A stretch of 64,000 nucleotides of DNA, from NCBI GenBank assembly GCA_963719945.1, contig CAVRDX010000001.1:512001-576000 (forward strand). The letters run 5' to 3'. The translations under genes and the position numbers were made by a program. Positions within the stretch are counted from its first letter, which is position 1, and every line of letters begins with the position of its first letter. A model generated the notes under the pieces. That model saw only the letters and a program-made list of their open reading frames with translations. It had not been told where the DNA came from and made no database searches. Source of the DNA: an uncultured Thermoplasmata archaeon (GTDB lineage: Archaea; Thermoplasmatota; Thermoplasmata; UBA10834). Below are positions 59,093 to 64,000 of the stretch, piece by piece.

Positions 59093-60259
59093 CTAGTTGT
59101 ATTCATCCAGGAACGACCACCAGCCAGTGTCTCTCGCGAATGCAACCTCTGTGTAGGCATCTGCATAGTAATTCCAATCTCCGCCCCAACCCCACCATAG
59201 AGTCAGGCCGCGGCTGTCTTCCGCATATTTTCCACCCCATACATCTAGTATGGAACCATCGATCGCGGATACCATTTCCGATGTCGCGCTTCTGAAGTCA
59301 GTGTCCGTCACCAAGGAATCCGCCAGCAAAATATCCCCTAGATCCGCCATATCGACATGATAGTGCGTCGCCCATGCACAATATGCATCGTTCAATGCCT
59401 GTTTGTAATTGGTCGCATACACGGGCAGATAGGAGCGCATCGCGTCCACCCACTCACAGAACACCGATGAGGATTCTGAAATCGCTGTGATATTCACAGC
59501 AGATAACCCCACGGTTGTAGCCCATGTCTGTGGTGCATAGAATGCTTCGAATCCTTCGACCATATCGACTGCCATCTGTGCGGGTGTTCTAGTCGCATCC
59601 AGCGCTGTGGGCATCAACATAAGGTCATAGGGGAATCCGGTCGTCGGGACGGATTCCTCCGAGCCAACCATTATCCCAACAAGCCCAGTCAGAGACAACT
59701 GATAGGCGACCTCAACGGCAGCCATGTTGCAGGCATCGAATGAAAGCACATCGATATAGACACCTGCGTTCTCGATTGCCATCTGAAGCTCTGGCATCGA
59801 TATCCTGCTGCCAGATGTTGTGTCATCGCTTATGTATCTCCAGGCATAACCATGATCCCATGCTGTAACTGCAAGCTTATCGGAAGGATATCGGGATGAG
59901 ACCTCTTCGAGGAACCATTCGAAAGTCGCGCCATCACCGAAATCCATCTCAGGGTAGCTAGCGACCACATTCCAGGTACTCCCAGATATCTCGATGACCT
60001 CCGTCCCCTCAGTGCTCAACCGGTCCATTATAGCAACGATATGGAACATATCATTGGCTGGTAGGTTGAGAAGAGATGGAAGGCTACTGTCGTCCCAGAA
60101 TCGCTCCAGGCTGTTGTCTCCGCTCACGTACACGGCGTAGGTCCACGATTCTGTCTCAGCCCACTTCAGCCCCGTATGGTTCGCCAGGGACACCCCGGGC
60201 ACAATCATAATTCCAATCGTAGCTAGACAAACACACCAGACCACCCAACGTCTCTGCAT
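59093..60259 (-). CDS. Secreted clostripain-family (C11) cysteine peptidase
   Basis: Signal peptide; WTYAVY..GDN.L, WDHG, FDACNM, SEE. Confidence 0.88.
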   Translation of the reverse strand: MQRRWVVWCVCLATIGIMIVPGVSLANHTGLKWAETESWTYAVYVSGDNSLERFWDDSSLPSLLNLPANDMFHIVAIMDRLSTEGTEVIEISGSTWNVVASYPEMDFGDGATFEWFLEEVSSRYPSDKLAVTAWDHGYAWRYISDDTTSGSRISMPELQMAIENAGVYIDVLSFDACNMAAVEVAYQLSLTGLVGIMVGSEESVPTTGFPYDLMLMPTALDATRTPAQMAVDMVEGFEAFYAPQTWATTVGLSAVNITAISESSSVFCEWVDAMRSYLPVYATNYKQALNDAYCAWATHYHVDMADLGDILLADSLVTDTDFRSATSEMVSAIDGSILDVWGGKYAEDSRGLTLWWGWGGDWNYYADAYTEVAFARDTGWWSFLDEYN

Positions 60260-60475
60260 GCTATTCTTCCCCCGTCGAAGCCCGATCGTGGAATGCACGC
60301 CGGGCAATAACACCATGATAATGGTTCTCATTGTATTAGAATACCAATGGCATTCAGCGATTGAGGATGCATACTGACTTATCTGTCCATCCCCTTGATC
60401 AAACCTCTGTGAAATCATCGATCAATCACACGGCAATCATTCGACCCTCAAGATGAATAACTTTAATCAAGTGAT

Positions 60476-61852
60476 CTAGCTGACTCTTACCCGCCCGCGG
60501 CTCAACGATGCCAACGTCCCTATGAAACAAAGGATCGAGAATGTGATGAAAGCAGGCTGGAAAGCATTCAAGAATTGTGGAGCGAGGTCCGATGCCAATT
60601 CTTGGCTGCCCAGGTAGATGGATATGAATATCGTGGCGATGCCCAGGCTAAGAACCTGACCGACCAGTCTCATAGTGCCCACAGAAGCTGAAGCGGTCCC
60701 GAACTGTCTCCGATCTACAGAACTCATTATCGCATTCGTGTTCGGAGACGAGAACAGAGCGAATCCAAACCCCAAGAAACCCAGCACGACGACCATCATC
60801 CATACGGGGGTACCACTATCGAATAATGAAATCAATGCAAGACCGATAGCTGTGATGAACATGCCCGTGGATGCGATTACGCGCGGTTCGATCACATCAG
60901 ATAGTCGTCCTGCCAAAGGTGAGAATAGAGCCATCACGACCATCTGAGACACCAGTATCATCCCAGTCTGCTCGGGGCTGTAACCTCTCACATACTGCAG
61001 ATAGAGACTGACGAGAAAGCTAACTCCGAACGTGGCGGAATAATTTATCAAAGCTGCAAGATTGGAGAATGCGAACACTCTGTTCCGACTGAAAAGTCGC
61101 ATATCGAATACAGGACTTGCATGGCGCATTTCCCATGCGATGAATACCATCAAGATGATTGAACCCGCGATTGTCAGAGCAAGTCCCAGAGGTTCCCTCA
61201 AGAAGGTGAACCCGATGATGACTGCTGTAATGGCAATCACATAGAATAGAGAGCCCACATGGTCGAACTCCTCCCCGCGAGCCTCGTACCAGTCCCCGAT
61301 TAGTTTCTTTGAGCCAATCCAAATCACCGCTGCTATTCCTGGAATTATCACCAAAAATATGCTTCTCCATCCTAGATAGCTGGTCAGAAAACCTCCCAGG
61401 ACGGGCCCCAGTGCACCTCCAATGTAGACCACTGACACAGTCATGCCCAGAGCCTTTCCTCTCTCCTGTGCGGGGTAGACGGAGGTCAGCAAGGCTATCG
61501 ACGTCCCGAAGATCATGGCGGCACCGATACCTTGGAACCATCTGAACGCTATGAGCATGACTGAAGATGGAGCAAATGCACAAAGGGTGGAAGCGAGAGC
61601 GAACACCCACATACCCGCGATGAATATCTTCTTCCGACCACGGATATCAGCCAGTCTACCCAAGGGGACTAGGAACGTAGCGGCTGCAAGCAAATAGGAA
61701 GTTGCGACCCAACTAAGCATCACTGCACTCATGCTGAATTCATCACCGATGGTCGGCAAGGCCACATTTATCGATGACCCCATGAATGGCGTAAGAAACG
61801 AGCTGAGCATCGCCATTGCCAATGCATAGCGCTTGACATCACCTTGATTCAG
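60476..61852 (-). CDS. MFS transporter (DHA2/EmrB-like, about 14 TM); possible CTG start
   Basis: NVALPTI, GRLADIRGRK, FRWFQGIG, ERGKALG, WRSIF, FSSPN. Confidence 0.88.
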   Translation of the reverse strand: MNQGDVKRYALAMAMLSSFLTPFMGSSINVALPTIGDEFSMSAVMLSWVATSYLLAAATFLVPLGRLADIRGRKKIFIAGMWVFALASTLCAFAPSSVMLIAFRWFQGIGAAMIFGTSIALLTSVYPAQERGKALGMTVSVVYIGGALGPVLGGFLTSYLGWRSIFLVIIPGIAAVIWIGSKKLIGDWYEARGEEFDHVGSLFYVIAITAVIIGFTFLREPLGLALTIAGSIILMVFIAWEMRHASPVFDMRLFSRNRVFAFSNLAALINYSATFGVSFLVSLYLQYVRGYSPEQTGMILVSQMVVMALFSPLAGRLSDVIEPRVIASTGMFITAIGLALISLFDSGTPVWMMVVVLGFLGFGFALFSSPNTNAIMSSVDRRQFGTASASVGTMRLVGQVLSLGIATIFISIYLGSQELASDLAPQFLNAFQPAFITFSILCFIGTLASLSRGRVRVS

Positions 61853-61981
61853 GATGTGCTTCCCCCGACATCATATGGCCAAGCGCGTTGATACGCTATG
61901 ACCTTTTCCGGCAGAGATTTGAATCTAGCATATAAATGGCATTTTGTCAGAATAATGAAATAAGCATTCAAGAGTGCAATT

Positions 61982-62019
61982 GACGACCTGCCGGGGAAAT
62001 GCCTTCACCGGCAGGCGTC
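61982..62019. terminator. GC-rich inverted repeat, possible terminator or stabilising hairpin
   Basis: GACG-A-CCTGCCGG...CCGGCAGG-CGTC downstream of the 62147..62500 gene. Confidence 0.45.
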
Positions 62020-62146
62020 TAATGGGTTTTCAGGGACCATTGTGGTATGTGTTGCTTTCAAGCACATTGGATATCGTCACACGCGTGCCCAACTGCGATA
62101 TCGTCCTGGAACTTCAGCTTGAAATCACATCTCTGCGGTTTCCAAA

Positions 62147-62500
62147 TCACTGGTTGATGCAGTCCTCATCGCAGACTTCATCACAGACTTCATCGCAGAC
62201 CTGGTCACAGTCTTCAATGCAGTCTTCATCGCAGACCTGGTCACAGTCTTCAATGCAGTCAGGGATACCGTCACCGATTGGCACGCAGTCTTCCGGATCC
62301 TCAATACAAGATCCGTCCTTCAGCTGGTCTTTCTCCATTATCTTATCCGCGTCACCTGCGCTTACAGCAGTGACAGCGGCGAATCCACTGACCAGAAGAG
62401 CTGCACCAAGGGCCATGACTAGCCATGCCTTTCCCTTGACCTTCTTCTGCCCCTTTTCAGCGACGCTCTTCGCAAGGTCGCTCTCGAACTCCGTCCTCAT
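62147..62500 (-). CDS. Small exported or membrane-anchored protein with acidic Cys-x3 repeat tail
   Basis: GGAGAGGTGA RBS; hydrophobic segment after a Lys-rich N-terminus; CIEDCDQVCDEDCIEDCDQVCDEVCDEVCDEDC. Confidence 0.8.
   Translation of the reverse strand: MRTEFESDLAKSVAEKGQKKVKGKAWLVMALGAALLVSGFAAVTAVSAGDADKIMEKDQLKDGSCIEDPEDCVPIGDGIPDCIEDCDQVCDEDCIEDCDQVCDEVCDEVCDEDCINQ
62157..62260. repeat. Tandem 12/36-bp coding repeats
   Basis: tcatcgcagacctggtcacagtcttcaatgcagtc occurs twice, plus 12-bp tcatc(g/a)cagact units. Confidence 0.85.
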
Positions 62501-63034
62501 TGTTTCACCTCTCCTTGGGGAGCCGATGACCGATGGAAACAACCGATTGCTGTCTCCTGGCCATCGAACTCATCTTTGGCTCTATCACGACCAACCGGAA
62601 TGACTATCTAAGTCATTTGTGGGACAAGAATCAAAGGTTAGCACAAATCTCAAAGTTACTTCGGGAGGGATCTGACATCATCTGGACGAAGGAGCCCTTG
62701 TATGCTCCTCTCAAGTGCGGTTCGCATCAATCACATTCTGGATCTCCCTATGCCGCCATATGCTCTCAAGATCATTCATGAATCCAAGGGAACGATAAAT
62801 CTCGAGAGTTCTACTATTCTCCGCGTAGACAGATATGTACAATGAGTTCATACCCAAATCGATCACGCTCCTCATGCCATCCACCTATGGCATCTTGCCA
62901 AAACCTTGGCCTCTATATGCAGGCCTGATGGAGGAATTTCAAAGCAACCAGCATCATTTAATCCTATGGAGCACTTATGATGGAAAACGACTTATTCCAG
63001 AATCCAATGCAGGAACCCGAACGTGTGCAAGATC

Positions 63035-63424
63035 ATGGATAGTAACCAACTCTGGCTCGTCCTCCTTGTGGGCATAGGAGGCGCTTCGGGAAGCATTGCC
63101 CGGTACGTATTCTCAGGCTATTTCACCACAGGTGATTTCCCATGGGGGACCTTCTTCGTCAACGCAACAGGTAGCTTCATGATTGCGTTCTTTTACTTCT
63201 GGGGGCTCAACGCAGGGTTCCTGCAGCCGGAGCTCAGGGTTGCGGTATTTGTCGGCGTCTTTGGGGGATATACAACCACATCGGCATTCAGCCTGGAAAC
63301 GGTATCTATGATCTCAGAATCACAGTGGGGATGGGCTTTCGGCAACATTATCCTCAACGGAGGGGTATGCGTAGTTGCAGCGGTCATCGGAAGGGCTGCC
63401 GGGCTTCTAATGGAGGGAGGTTAG
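63035..63424 (+). CDS. crcB: Fluoride channel Fluc/CrcB
   Basis: GG..G..ARY, FPWGTFFVN..GS, GVFGGYTT.SAF..E. Confidence 0.92.
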   Translation: MDSNQLWLVLLVGIGGASGSIARYVFSGYFTTGDFPWGTFFVNATGSFMIAFFYFWGLNAGFLQPELRVAVFVGVFGGYTTTSAFSLETVSMISESQWGWAFGNIILNGGVCVVAAVIGRAAGLLMEGG

Positions 63425-63754
63425 ATGGAGATAGACGAGAAAGCGTTGTGTCTCAAGATATATGTTGGAGAATCCGACCATCATGAAGGTATCCCAGCCT
63501 ACAAAGCGGTCGTCCATCATCTGAGGGAATGCGGGATATGGGGAGCGACGGTCACGAAGGGGATATATGGATTCGGGAAGCGTAGCAGACTACATGCTGC
63601 CAGTCCCTTAAGGCTCAGTGAAGACCTTCCAATCATGATCGAGGTGGTCGATTCTGAGAAGAAGATACTCGAGGTCATCCCAAGGATTAGCGAGATGGTC
63701 AGAGGCGGTCTGGTCACCGTGCATGATGTCAAAGTGATGAGACACATTGGGTAG
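63425..63754 (+). CDS. DUF190 (PII-like) protein
   Basis: IYVGESD, GATV.KGI.GFG, LSEDLP..IEVVD; typical crcB partner. Confidence 0.9.
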   Translation: MEIDEKALCLKIYVGESDHHEGIPAYKAVVHHLRECGIWGATVTKGIYGFGKRSRLHAASPLRLSEDLPIMIEVVDSEKKILEVIPRISEMVRGGLVTVHDVKVMRHIG

Positions 63755-63771
63755 ACCAACAGTTTAACGCA

Positions 63772-64000
63772 TCAGAGATTAGCCTTTTGAGAAATCCTGC
63801 ATGCGTCTCTAGGGATATGAATGACAAAACGAGCCCCTTCTCCCGGCACTCCATCTTCCTTGATCGTCATTCCACTGACCTTCAGGATTTCGCGAGACAG
63901 GAATAGCCCGTATCCAGTGCCTTTCCCGAATCCCCGTTCGAATATCCGTTCTTTCTCATCACTGGGGATGCCTACGCCATTGTCGGAGTATATGATATCA
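63772..64000 (-). CDS. Histidine kinase HATPase C-terminus (5' truncated by window edge)
   Basis: DNGVGIP..KERIFERGFGKGTGYGLFLSREIL..G.ARFVI. Confidence 0.88.
   Translation of the reverse strand, partial: DIIYSDNGVGIPSDEKERIFERGFGKGTGYGLFLSREILKVSGMTIKEDGVPGEGARFVIHIPRDACRISQKANL

Noticed and set aside
62157-62260. CRISPR array
   Set aside because: The repeats are contiguous, codon-phased and have no unique spacers; no cas genes are present.
61974-62603. 209-aa Ser/Gln-repeat ORF on the + strand
   Set aside because: It is the antisense shadow of the Cys-repeat gene, which has the SD and signal peptide.
62780-63034. Fluoride riboswitch upstream of crcB
   Set aside because: I could not find the consensus GGCGAUG..GUUCGCC/AAACCGC/GCUGAUGAC pattern by eye; an Infernal scan would settle it.

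Overview
Archaeal chromosomal window, most consistent with Thermoplasmatota outside the Thermoplasmatales. Markers: archaeal-type SAM synthetase, deoxyhypusine synthase, short archaeal PheT, CoaD-YjjX fusion, DUF835/KaiC-like proteins and archaeal RNase P RNA. It is gene-dense and mostly core/metabolic; I saw no CRISPR array, transposase or integrase. Contents: the 3' end of dapF; a six-gene minus-strand operon (thiolase, catalytically degenerate HMG-CoA-synthase-like protein, DUF35, two-subunit CoA-transferase, class III aminotransferase) divergent from lysine 2,3-aminomutase and SAM synthetase; a 1619-aa DUF835/coiled-coil giant; tandem KaiC-like ATPases; mevalonate genes; a non-pyrrolysine MttB homologue; an ilvBNC-FAH-ilvE operon; a che cluster without cheF; three tRNAs; rnpB; crcB. 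Best leads: (1) a 26-codon Leu/Ile/Val-rich leader peptide with alternative RNA pairings upstream of ilvB, a candidate ribosome-mediated attenuator in an archaeon; (2) a possible beta-lysine/beta-amino-acyl-CoA catabolic operon built on a PhlABC-like thiolase complex; (3) repeated apparent CTG start codons; (4) small Cys-rich proteins. All functional calls come from recognising motifs by eye, with no database searches.
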